Part shown: piece after piece, positions 49,643-57,049 of the stretch
How positions within the stretch are numbered: the first letter of the stretch is position 1
How the letters are laid out: each line of letters begins with the position of its first letter
NCBI GenBank assembly: GCA_964393345.1
Contig: CAYMTJ010000003.1
Location: 23,318 to 87,317 of the forward strand
Reading direction: 5' to 3'
Source of the DNA: an uncultured Anaerolineaceae bacterium
GTDB taxonomy: Bacteria > Chloroflexota > Limnocylindria > Limnocylindrales > CSP1-4
Length of the DNA: 64,000 nucleotides
Translations under genes and position numbers: made by a program
The notes under the pieces: model-generated
Database searches by the model: none
Seen by the model: only the letters and a program-made list of their open reading frames with translations
What the model was told of the DNA's origin: nothing

Positions 49643-50830
49643 ATGGACGGACATCCGGAGCAGCCTGCGGCGCCCGAGTCCACGCCGCTGTTCACGCCCG
49701 CGTTCATCACCCTGTCGCTGGCCGAACTCGCCTATTTCACGGCGGCGGGGCTCGAGGTCCCGCTGGCGCCGCTGTTCGCAGCCGGCCCGCTCGGCGCGGA
49801 TCCGGCCGGGGTCGGCCTTGCGGTGGGTGCCCTCAGCCTGACGGCGCTCTTCCTGCGCCCGCTCGCGGGGCGAACCGCCGACCGCCGCGGTCGCCGACGA
49901 CTGCTCATCGGCGGAGCGCTCCTCTACGCGCTCGCGACGGCGGGGCACATCGTCGCCCCCAACCTCGCGGTCATGATCGGACTGCGGCTGGTCCTGGGCG
50001 TGGCTGAGGCGTTCTTCTTCGTGGCGGGGTTCGCGATGCTCGCGGATCTCGCGCCGCCCGGCCGGACGGGCGAGGCCCTCAGCATCAACTCGCTGTCGCT
50101 CTACCTGGGCGTCGCGCTCGGACCGCTCATCGGACAGGCGCTCCTCGACAACGGGGGGTTCACGGCCGGGTGGCTCGGAGGTGCCGTACTCGCTCTCGTC
50201 GCCGCGATCCTCGCGACGAGGATCCCGGAGACCGGGATGCGCACCGCCAGCGACACGACGCCCGGTCCCCTCATCCATCGGGGCGCGATCGGGCCAGGCC
50301 TCGCGCTGTTCACCGGGATCGGGGCCATGGCCGGGTTCTTCACATTCGCCGCCCTCCACACGGCGTCCGTCGGGTTCGCTGACTGGGGCCTGGTGCTCTT
50401 CACGTTCGGTCTCGTGGTCTTGGGCACGCGGATCGTGTTCGCCAAGCTGCCGGACCGCGTCCCGCCCTATCGCCTCGGGGCCGGTGCGCTCGCGCTCACG
50501 GCCGCGGGACTCGCCGTCGTCGCGCTGGCGTCGTCGGCAGCCGGGTTGTTCGCCGGGGTCGTGGTCATGGCCGTCGGGGTCGCCTTCACGACGCCCGCGT
50601 TCTTCTCGGCGGTCCTGGCCCGCACGGCCGTCACCGAACGCGGCTCCGCCCTCGCCACCATGACCGTGGCGATCGATCACGCGTTCGGGGCCTCGCCGAT
50701 GGTCCTCGGGTTCGCCGCGGCCGCGGCCGGGATCCCGTTGGCCTTCCTGCTCGCCGCGGTGATCGCATCGTTCGGCGCGATCGGGACCGCGGTCGCGGGT
50801 CGGCCTCGCCGGCGGGCCTTCGGGACATGA
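49643..50830 (+). CDS. MFS transporter
   Basis: 12 predicted TM helices; conserved loop 2-3 motif (RPLAGRTADRRGRRRLLIGG). Confidence 0.7.
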   Translation: MDGHPEQPAAPESTPLFTPAFITLSLAELAYFTAAGLEVPLAPLFAAGPLGADPAGVGLAVGALSLTALFLRPLAGRTADRRGRRRLLIGGALLYALATAGHIVAPNLAVMIGLRLVLGVAEAFFFVAGFAMLADLAPPGRTGEALSINSLSLYLGVALGPLIGQALLDNGGFTAGWLGGAVLALVAAILATRIPETGMRTASDTTPGPLIHRGAIGPGLALFTGIGAMAGFFTFAALHTASVGFADWGLVLFTFGLVVLGTRIVFAKLPDRVPPYRLGAGALALTAAGLAVVALASSAAGLFAGVVVMAVGVAFTTPAFFSAVLARTAVTERGSALATMTVAIDHAFGASPMVLGFAAAAAGIPLAFLLAAVIASFGAIGTAVAGRPRRRAFGT

Positions 50831-50867
50831 GGGCGGGCAGTCGACGCCCAGCCGGGCCGCGGAGGGG

Positions 50868-51353
50868 CTAGCGCGCCCCGATCGGCTCGCCGGGGCGTCG
50901 CGCCCCGAGGGTGTCGTGGATCTCGCGGTGGTACGCCCGCCCCATCGAGGTCCGATCGAGCCAGAGCAGGTAGTCGGGGTCGTGGGCGGCGAGCTGCCCG
51001 ATCGTCCAGCCCTGGTACCGGCCGAACTCGAGCACCGTGCCCGACGGGCGCCCGACCGGTGTCGGGATGACGGGCTCGGTCCGTGCTGGCGCCGCGTACG
51101 GCTGGTCCGGGTCGTCGAGGGCCAGTTCCGGATGCGCGAGCGAGCGGTCGTAGTTGCGGCGCCGCGCGGGGTCGCGGAGCACGGTCCAGGCCTTGTTGAG
51201 CGCCCGCATGACGTCTTCGTCACCGCCGACATCGGGATGATTGATCCGGGCCAGCCGACGATAGGCGGCGCGGACCGTCGCCGAGTCGGCGTCGGGTGGC
51301 ACGCGCAGGACGTCGTAGAGGATCCCGGACCTGGTCGTCATCTCACTGGCCAT
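50868..51353 (-). CDS. J-domain protein with C-terminal DUF3820-like domain
   Basis: Minus ORF trimmed to ATG 51353 (MASEMTT). J domain ILYDVLRVPPDADSATVRAAYRRLARINHPDVGGDEDVMRALNKAW with the HPD tripeptide. C-terminal EFGRYQGWTIGQLAAHDPDYLLWL resembles the PF12843/DUF3820 motif (FGKYKG...YL.WL), recalled from memory. Confidence 0.6.
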   Translation of the reverse strand: MASEMTTRSGILYDVLRVPPDADSATVRAAYRRLARINHPDVGGDEDVMRALNKAWTVLRDPARRRNYDRSLAHPELALDDPDQPYAAPARTEPVIPTPVGRPSGTVLEFGRYQGWTIGQLAAHDPDYLLWLDRTSMGRAYHREIHDTLGARRPGEPIGAR

Positions 51354-51410
51354 GGTGGTGCCTCGATGCGCCTTGCGACCCGATCCGATGGTCCCCGGCA
51401 TCGAGCGACT

Positions 51411-51495
51411 TTGGTCACACGCCCGACCGGCCCCCGATGCCCCGGACCATCGGGCCATGGCTGTGGCGTCGCCGGGTCGTGATATTGGTCACACG
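51411..51495 (+). repeat. Direct repeat TTGGTCACACG x2 (74-bp spacing) in the divergent intergenic region
   Basis: Exact 11-mer at 51411-51421 and 51485-51495, upstream of the J-domain gene (minus) and the small ORF 51585 (+). Confidence 0.5.
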
Positions 51496-51535
51496 ACCTC
51501 GGGCACAGGGGGTCTCGATCAGGTGCCCGAGGTCG
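51494..51535 (+). promoter_or_regulatory. Perfect 13-bp inverted repeat CGACCTCGGGCAC-N16-GTGCCCGAGGTCG (candidate operator or RNA hairpin)
   Basis: Read directly from the sequence; 50 bp upstream of ATG 51585 and 140 bp upstream of the divergent J-domain gene start. Confidence 0.45.
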
Positions 51536-51584
51536 AACCAATCCCCCTACCGAGCGCGCGACCGATAGGGAAGGATCTCGACCG

Positions 51585-51791
51585 ATGAGCGACTGGATCC
51601 GCCAAGACCGGCCCGAGCCCGGCGCGTGGCACCAGCCCGCACGCCGATCACCCGATCAGCCGCGGAACGTGGTCCTGACTCGCTGCGGCGGGCAGTGGGG
51701 GAGTGACGAGCCCTGGGAGACCTCGGGCGTGACCGAACCGGGCGTCGATCAGCGTTGCCCGGAGTGCGCTAGCCTGGTCATCGCGTCCTGA
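51585..51791 (+). CDS. Small hypothetical Cys-containing protein (possible zinc-ribbon-like C...CxxC)
   Basis: ATG preceded by GGAAGGA RBS 7 nt upstream. 68 aa with TRCGG...RCPEC; followed by hairpins. Confidence 0.4.
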   Translation: MSDWIRQDRPEPGAWHQPARRSPDQPRNVVLTRCGGQWGSDEPWETSGVTEPGVDQRCPECASLVIAS

Positions 51792-51826
51792 GGCGGCTGC
51801 GCCGCCATCGCCGATCCGGTCGATCT

Positions 51827-51857
51827 CGAGGCCCCGCCGAACGTACGGACGGGGCCT
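51827..51857 (+). terminator. Hairpin GAGGCCCCG-N13-CGGGGCCTC between convergent genes
   Basis: Perfect 9-bp inverted repeat between the stop of 51585..51791 (+) and the stop of 51883..52341 (-). A smaller GGCGGC tgc GCCGCC hairpin lies at 51791-51805. Confidence 0.4.
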
Positions 51858-51882
51858 CGTGCATGGTCGCGAGCGCCTGAGG

Positions 51883-52341
51883 TCAGCCGACCCCGCCGCC
51901 CCCGCCGCCACCACCACCGTCGTCGCACGTGACCTTGAACACCTTGGACTTGGCCTTGACGTCGGTGAGATCGGCCTTGCCGTAGAGCGTCGCCTTGTAG
52001 TGACCGGCCTCGAGATCGAACGGCCCGGCGATCGCATACCCGTCGGCGTCGGCCGGACCGAAGCCGAAGGGTCCCGCATCGGTGCCTTGCGGTGCGTCGC
52101 CGCCCTGGACCGTGAACACCAGGTAGCCGCTCTGTCCGGCATCGAGGCCGAAGGCCTCCACGTCGAACGCGCAGACCTTGGGGTCGTTGTTCATCGTGCC
52201 GGTCGGCGTACCGACCTCGTGGATCTTGAGCGTCCCGTTGTTCCCGGCCATCGCCGAGCCCGTGAGTGCCAGGACGATCAGCCCGGCAGCGAGGGTCGCG
52301 GCGACCCCGCTCCGGATCCGTCGCGCGAGCGGCTGGTCCAT
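51883..52341 (-). CDS. Small secreted protein with C-terminal polyglycine tail
   Basis: Minus ORF trimmed to ATG 52341 (MDQPLARRIRSGVAATLAAGLIVLALTGSAMA, signal peptide). Mature ~120 aa with 2 Cys; ends DDGGGGGGGGGVG-stop. Confidence 0.55.
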   Translation of the reverse strand: MDQPLARRIRSGVAATLAAGLIVLALTGSAMAGNNGTLKIHEVGTPTGTMNNDPKVCAFDVEAFGLDAGQSGYLVFTVQGGDAPQGTDAGPFGFGPADADGYAIAGPFDLEAGHYKATLYGKADLTDVKAKSKVFKVTCDDGGGGGGGGGVG

Positions 52342-52625
52342 CGATGTCTCCTGATCAGTGCGATGCGCGGGACCCGATGAAGGTGGGTCCACGTCACGAC
52401 GTCGACGATGCGGCGAGACGCGATCGGTGTCGAGGGATCTCGGGGCCTAACGGTGCGACCGGACACCACGATCCGTCGGGCGAACTCGACCAGCGGGCAC
52501 CGGACCCTACCGCTGTACACCGTCCCGACCGGGGAGCCGGGCTCGGGCGGCAGGCCGAGCATCGCCGGAGGCGGTGACGCCGTGAGCGGCCGGCGGCGCT
52601 GATTCGGGCGGCGTAGGATGCACCC

Positions 52626-53666
52626 ATGAGTGACGGATCGCCGAACGACCCGAGCCGGAAGCCCATGCCGTGGGAGCCGGGCGGCCGACCGACGCCGGAC
52701 CCGAGTGATCCGACGATCGCCTGGACGGGACCCGGGACCACCGAGCCGACGGGCTCGCCGCCGGATCCTGCGGTGCCGGCGTCGCCTCCCGGACCGCCTC
52801 CCGAGGCGCCGCCACCGGCCGGAGCCCCGCCCGTCGCGCCCGGGTTGATCTCGGCCGCGCCGGTCGGGTGGACGGGTCAGGACATCGGGGGACCGCCGCC
52901 GCCGCAGTCCCCGTGGATGCCGGCCCCGGATCCGGCGTCCGCCGCCGGCGGGGCGCCACCACCCACCGTCGGCTGGGCCTCGCCGGCCGCCACCGACGGG
53001 GCGCGGCCCGTCCCGGGAGCCCCCGGACTCGTGTTCGCCGGCACCGGGGCGCGGTTCGTGGCCTACATCATCGATTCACTCCTGCTGGCGATCGTCGCCT
53101 CCATCGTGGCGGGGGCCTTCGGGTACGGCACGGGTACGGTCGTCGAGCGCGGAGCGGGAGAGTTCTCGTTCGATTACACCGCCAGCAGCGCCGTCTTCTC
53201 GATCCCATACGTGCTGCTGAGCCTCGTCTACGCGGTGTACTTCTGGACCGGCGGGCGGCGGGCGACCCCGGGGCAGCGGATCTTCAACTTCCAGGTCGCC
53301 AACGCCTTCGACGGGCGTGACCTGACCGTCTCGCAGGCGGTCCGCCGCTGGTTCTTCCTCGGGTCCGCCCTGGGTCTCCTGGCGCTCACGCCGCAGCTGG
53401 AGGCCGCGTCGAGCTCCATCGGACTCCTCTGGGGCATCGTCCTGCTCGTCACCACCGCGACGAGCCCAACCAAGCAGGGGCTCCACGACCGGCTGGCGAA
53501 CTCCGCCGTGGTCCGCCCGGCCGGCCCGACGTCATCCGGGCTCGTCACGGCGTGCCTCGTCGTGATCATCATGCTGATCGCGCTCGCGGTCATCTCGATC
53601 ATCGCGCTGGTCTTCCTGGGTGGTCAGATGAGCGACATCCTCGAGGACATCGGTCGGTCCATCTGA
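52626..53666 (+). CDS. RDD-family membrane protein with Pro-rich N-terminal region
   Basis: About 150 aa of Pro/Ala/Gly-rich low complexity, then an RDD domain (RFVAYIIDSLLL...GRRATPGQRIFNFQV...KQGLHDRLANSAVV) with 3-4 TM helices. Confidence 0.65.
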   Translation: MSDGSPNDPSRKPMPWEPGGRPTPDPSDPTIAWTGPGTTEPTGSPPDPAVPASPPGPPPEAPPPAGAPPVAPGLISAAPVGWTGQDIGGPPPPQSPWMPAPDPASAAGGAPPPTVGWASPAATDGARPVPGAPGLVFAGTGARFVAYIIDSLLLAIVASIVAGAFGYGTGTVVERGAGEFSFDYTASSAVFSIPYVLLSLVYAVYFWTGGRRATPGQRIFNFQVANAFDGRDLTVSQAVRRWFFLGSALGLLALTPQLEAASSSIGLLWGIVLLVTTATSPTKQGLHDRLANSAVVRPAGPTSSGLVTACLVVIIMLIALAVISIIALVFLGGQMSDILEDIGRSI

Positions 53667-53697
53667 TCGCCGGTGTCAGGCGGCTACACTCGGGCTG

Positions 53698-55176
53698 ATG
53701 CCCGAACCGCCGATCCCGAGCGCCCAGCCGCCGGACTTCGGCGACATGACCGCGGCCGACTTTCGAGCGGCCGCCCATGTCGTCGCCGACCTCATGGCCG
53801 ACTATCTCGAGTCCGTCGAGTCGCGCGCCGTCTTCCCGGCGATCGAGCCCGGATCGCTCCGCACGCGATTCGCGCCGAGCGCGCCCGAGGATCCCGAACC
53901 ACTGGCCGAGATCCTTGCCGACTACCAGCGGTGGATCGAGCCCAACGCCACGCACTGGCAGCACCCGGCCTTCATGGCGTACTTCGCCACCAGCGCGTCC
54001 GGGATCGGGATCCTCGGGGAGATGCTGACCGCGACCCTGGGCCAGAACCCCATGCTGTGGCGCACGTCGCCCATCGGGACCGAGCTCGAGCAGGTGGTCG
54101 TCGGCTGGCTGCGCGACGCCTTCGGGCTGCCCGCCTCATTCGACGGACTGATCACCGATACCGCCTCCACCTCGACGCTGATCGCGCTCGCCGCGGCGCG
54201 CGAGGCGGTCGGGATCGACGCGGTGCGGCTCGGTCTGGCCGGCCGTGCGGACCTGCCGCCGCTGCGTGTCTATGCCTCGGCGGAGGCGCACAGCTCCATC
54301 GAGAAGGCGTGCATGACCCTGGGGCTCGGCCGAGATTCGCTGGTCCGGATCCCGACGAACGAGCGCTACGAGATGCGGGCCGATGGGCTCAGCGCGGCGA
54401 TCGCCGCGGATCGCGTCGCCGGCCATCGACCGCTGGCGATCGTCGCGACCGTCGGCACGACGTCATCGACGTCGGTGGATCCCGTGGCCGCGATCGCCGC
54501 GATCGCCGAACGTGAGGGCCTGTGGCTCCATGTCGATGCCGCGTACGCCGGGGTCGTCGCGCTCCTGCCCGAGCGTCGCGCGCCGTTCGACGGTTGGGAA
54601 CGCGCGGATTCGATCGTGATCAACCCCCACAAGTGGCTGTTCACCCCCCTCGATGCCTCGCTCCTGCTGACCCGGCGGATGGAGGTCCTGCGGGCCGCGT
54701 TCAGCCTCGTCCCCGAGTACCTTCGAACGCTCGACCGCGCCACACCCGTGCTCGACTACAACGAGTACACGCCACAGCTCGGTCGGCGGTTCCGGGCGCT
54801 CAAGCTCTGGATGCAGCTTCGCTGGTTCGGGCTTGAAGGGCTGCGTCGGCGGATCGATCAGCATCTGGGGTTCGCGGCGTGGTTCGCGGAGCAGGTGGAT
54901 GGCGATCCCGACTGGGAGCGACTCGCGCCGGTCCCGTTCTCGACGGTCTGCTTCCGCTGGCGACCCGCCGGGTGGGACGGCACGGACGAGGCGCTGGACG
55001 CGGCCAACGCGGAGATCATGGACGCCGTGAACCGGACCGGCGAGACGTTCCTGTCGCACACGCGCCTTGACGGTCGCTTTGCGATCCGGGTCGCCATCGG
55101 GAACCTGCGGACGGAAGCGCGCCACGTGGAGCGGGTCTGGGACCTGCTGCGGGAGGCGTCGCGCCATGGGGCTTGA
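53698..55176 (+). CDS. PLP-dependent group II decarboxylase (aromatic-L-amino-acid decarboxylase family)
   Basis: Pyridoxal_deC blocks: HWQHPAFMAYFATSAS, ITDTASTSTL, WLHVDAAYAG, and the PLP lysine region SIVINPHKWLFTPLDAS; 492 aa. Confidence 0.8.
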   Translation: MPEPPIPSAQPPDFGDMTAADFRAAAHVVADLMADYLESVESRAVFPAIEPGSLRTRFAPSAPEDPEPLAEILADYQRWIEPNATHWQHPAFMAYFATSASGIGILGEMLTATLGQNPMLWRTSPIGTELEQVVVGWLRDAFGLPASFDGLITDTASTSTLIALAAAREAVGIDAVRLGLAGRADLPPLRVYASAEAHSSIEKACMTLGLGRDSLVRIPTNERYEMRADGLSAAIAADRVAGHRPLAIVATVGTTSSTSVDPVAAIAAIAEREGLWLHVDAAYAGVVALLPERRAPFDGWERADSIVINPHKWLFTPLDASLLLTRRMEVLRAAFSLVPEYLRTLDRATPVLDYNEYTPQLGRRFRALKLWMQLRWFGLEGLRRRIDQHLGFAAWFAEQVDGDPDWERLAPVPFSTVCFRWRPAGWDGTDEALDAANAEIMDAVNRTGETFLSHTRLDGRFAIRVAIGNLRTEARHVERVWDLLREASRHGA

Positions 55177-55576
55177 GCCGCATGACGTGCGGTTCTTCGC
55201 CACGCCGGCCGAGCTCCGCGACTGGTTCGATGCGAACCACGCGACCGCGACGGAACTGTGGGTCGGGTACTACAAGAAGGCCACCGGTCGGCCGAGTGTC
55301 ACGTGGTCGCAGGTGGTCGATGAGGCGCTGTGCGTCGGCTGGATCGACGGCATCGTGCGCCGGATCGATGAAGTCAGCCACGTCCAGCGCCTGACGCCCC
55401 GGCGAAAGGGCAGCAACTGGAGCGCGATCAACGTCGCCAAGGTGGCGCAGCTCAGCGCAGAGGGCCGGATGCGACCGGCGGGGCTTGCCGCATTCGCCCG
55501 TCGAACGGAGGCGAAGACCGCGGTCTATGCCTACGAGCGAAAGCCCCCCGACGAGGCCCCGGCAGCGGACGGCTGA
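55166..55576 (+). CDS. YdeI/OmpD-associated family protein (DUF1801-like)
   Basis: ATG 55166 overlaps the decarboxylase stop. WFDANHATATELWVGYYKKATGRPSVTWSQVVDEALCVGWIDGI typical of the YdeI family. Confidence 0.6.
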   Translation: MGLEPHDVRFFATPAELRDWFDANHATATELWVGYYKKATGRPSVTWSQVVDEALCVGWIDGIVRRIDEVSHVQRLTPRRKGSNWSAINVAKVAQLSAEGRMRPAGLAAFARRTEAKTAVYAYERKPPDEAPAADG

Positions 55577-55604
55577 GGCCGCCTACGGACGCCCCAGAAC
55601 GCGA

Positions 55605-55624
55605 GGACGATCGAAGAATCGTCC
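55605..55624 (+). terminator. Hairpin GGACGAT cgaaga ATCGTCC, 29 bp after the YdeI stop
   Basis: 7-bp perfect inverted repeat; no U-tract. Confidence 0.3.
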
Positions 55625-55870
55625 GCACGGTAGACCGTCGCGCCGAGCACGTCCGTATACCGGGCACGGGATCGAGCCGGGTCGGTCCCGACCAGGACGT
55701 GGGTCTGGGTGGTCTCGGGGGTCGGGAACATCGGGACTGATGGCATGCGTCGTCCGGGCGATGTGGTCTGCGCGGTAGTGCGACAATCTCGGCGGTCCCG
55801 TCGAATCCCCCCTCGACGGGGCCGCTCCCTTGTCGCCCGGGAAGGGCGTGCGGCATGGCATCATCCACCC

Positions 55871-56260
55871 ATGCCACCGATCGACGAACTGACCCGGATC
55901 GAACCCGTCCACCTCGAGCGTCTTGGTCACCAGGGGATCTTCACCACGGGCCTGCTGCTCGAGGTGTCCGAGACGCCGACGCGCCGCCAGACCCTCGCGG
56001 ACCAGGTCCACGCCGACCTCAACGACGTCCTGATGTGGCGCGACGAGGCCCTAATGCTCAACCTCGCGAGTTTCGGGCCGAACGAGCACCAGCTGATGAT
56101 CCAGTCCGACATCGATGGCCTGCGGGACATCCTGGACCTGTCACTCGACGACTTCCGGACCCGGATCCAGGCCGCCGCCGCGGACCTGGACTGGGAACCG
56201 CCGACGGATCTCACCATCGAGGGTTGGTGGGACCAGGCGAGGACGCTCGAGGACGAGTAG
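55871..56260 (+). CDS. Hypothetical protein, DUF4332-like (helix-hairpin-helix-type)
   Basis: ATG 55871. LERLGHQGIFTTGLLLEVSETPTRRQTLADQV pattern resembles DUF4332; 129 aa. Family assignment from memory. Confidence 0.45.
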   Translation: MPPIDELTRIEPVHLERLGHQGIFTTGLLLEVSETPTRRQTLADQVHADLNDVLMWRDEALMLNLASFGPNEHQLMIQSDIDGLRDILDLSLDDFRTRIQAAAADLDWEPPTDLTIEGWWDQARTLEDE

Positions 56261-56298
56261 CCGCAGGCAAGTAGCCGCAGGCGAGTAGCCGCGGACGA
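56257..56298 (+). repeat. Three 14-bp tandem repeats GTAGCCGCAGGC(A/G)A overlapping the stop codon, giving TAG in all three frames
   Basis: Units at 56257, 56271 and 56285 (third unit has two mismatches). TAG at 56258, 56272 and 56286 fall in three different frames. Confidence 0.6.
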
Positions 56299-56329
56299 CC
56301 CGCCGCGACGGACGGACTACGATGACGCG

Positions 56330-57049
56330 ATGACGAGCATCGCGCGGGGGATGGGCCGGGTCGGGGTCGGCCTGGCCACCGCCATCGTGATCGTGACCTT
56401 GGCGATCATCCCGTTCCTGACCCCCGCGTGGGTCGCCTTCGAGCAGGACCGGGCGCAGGCCGCGGCGTGGACCGGGTTCAGCGAGCCGGACCTTCGTGCC
56501 GCGACGGAGGCGATCCTGGCGGACCTGGTCCTTGGCCCCCCGGCATTTGACGTGGCGGTCGCCGGCGTGCCGGTCCTCAACGACCGCGAGCGAGGCCACA
56601 TGCGCGATGTCCGCGCGGTCTTCTCCGGGCTGGTGGTCGCGACCGTCGCCGCCGTCGTCGTGCTGACGCTGGGCGGTCTGCGGAGTCGAGGCACGGCCGA
56701 CGGGCGGTCGACGGCTCGCCGCGACCTGTGGCGCGCGATCGGACGGGGTGCGGCCTGGCTCGCCGTCGCGACCGTCGGGCTCGGCGTCCTCGCGCTCGTG
56801 GCGTTCGACACCCTCTTCGAGGTCTTCCACCGGATCCTCTTCCCGGCGGGTTCGTACGCCTTCGACCCTGGGACGGAGCGACTGGTCCAGCTCTTCCCGT
56901 TCCAGTTCTGGCAGGAGACCGCGATCGCCGTCGGCGTAGTCATCGTCGTGCTGGCGACCGCGACCGCCGGCATCGCTCGCCGGCGCGGTCGAGCGGCCTC
57001 GACCGCGACCGATCACGCGCCGGTCCCCGCGTGGACGACCTCGCGGTGA
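56330..57049 (+). CDS. TIGR01906/DUF1461-family integral membrane protein (Lit-like lipoprotein intramolecular transacylase family)
   Basis: Two flanking TM segments and a conserved core (DRERGHMRDVR; ERLVQLFPFQFWQE) typical of DUF1461. Confidence 0.6.
   Translation: MTSIARGMGRVGVGLATAIVIVTLAIIPFLTPAWVAFEQDRAQAAAWTGFSEPDLRAATEAILADLVLGPPAFDVAVAGVPVLNDRERGHMRDVRAVFSGLVVATVAAVVVLTLGGLRSRGTADGRSTARRDLWRAIGRGAAWLAVATVGLGVLALVAFDTLFEVFHRILFPAGSYAFDPGTERLVQLFPFQFWQETAIAVGVVIVVLATATAGIARRRGRAASTATDHAPVPAWTTSR

Noticed and set aside
49275-50007. ORFs 49275..49490 and 49318..50007 in the 418-bp gap before the second MFS gene
   Set aside because: No RBS, no motifs, Arg/Pro-rich translations, and one overlaps the well-supported MFS gene. 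The region is treated as noncoding.
51890-51930. GGC/GCC-rich simple repeat
   Set aside because: It encodes the polyglycine C-terminus of the secreted protein 51883..52341. It is reported as part of that CDS rather than as a noncoding repeat.
55583-56011. Minus-strand 142-aa ORF in the long intergenic region
   Set aside because: It overlaps the start of the DUF4332-like gene, has a low-complexity Arg/Pro/Asp-rich product and no start context.
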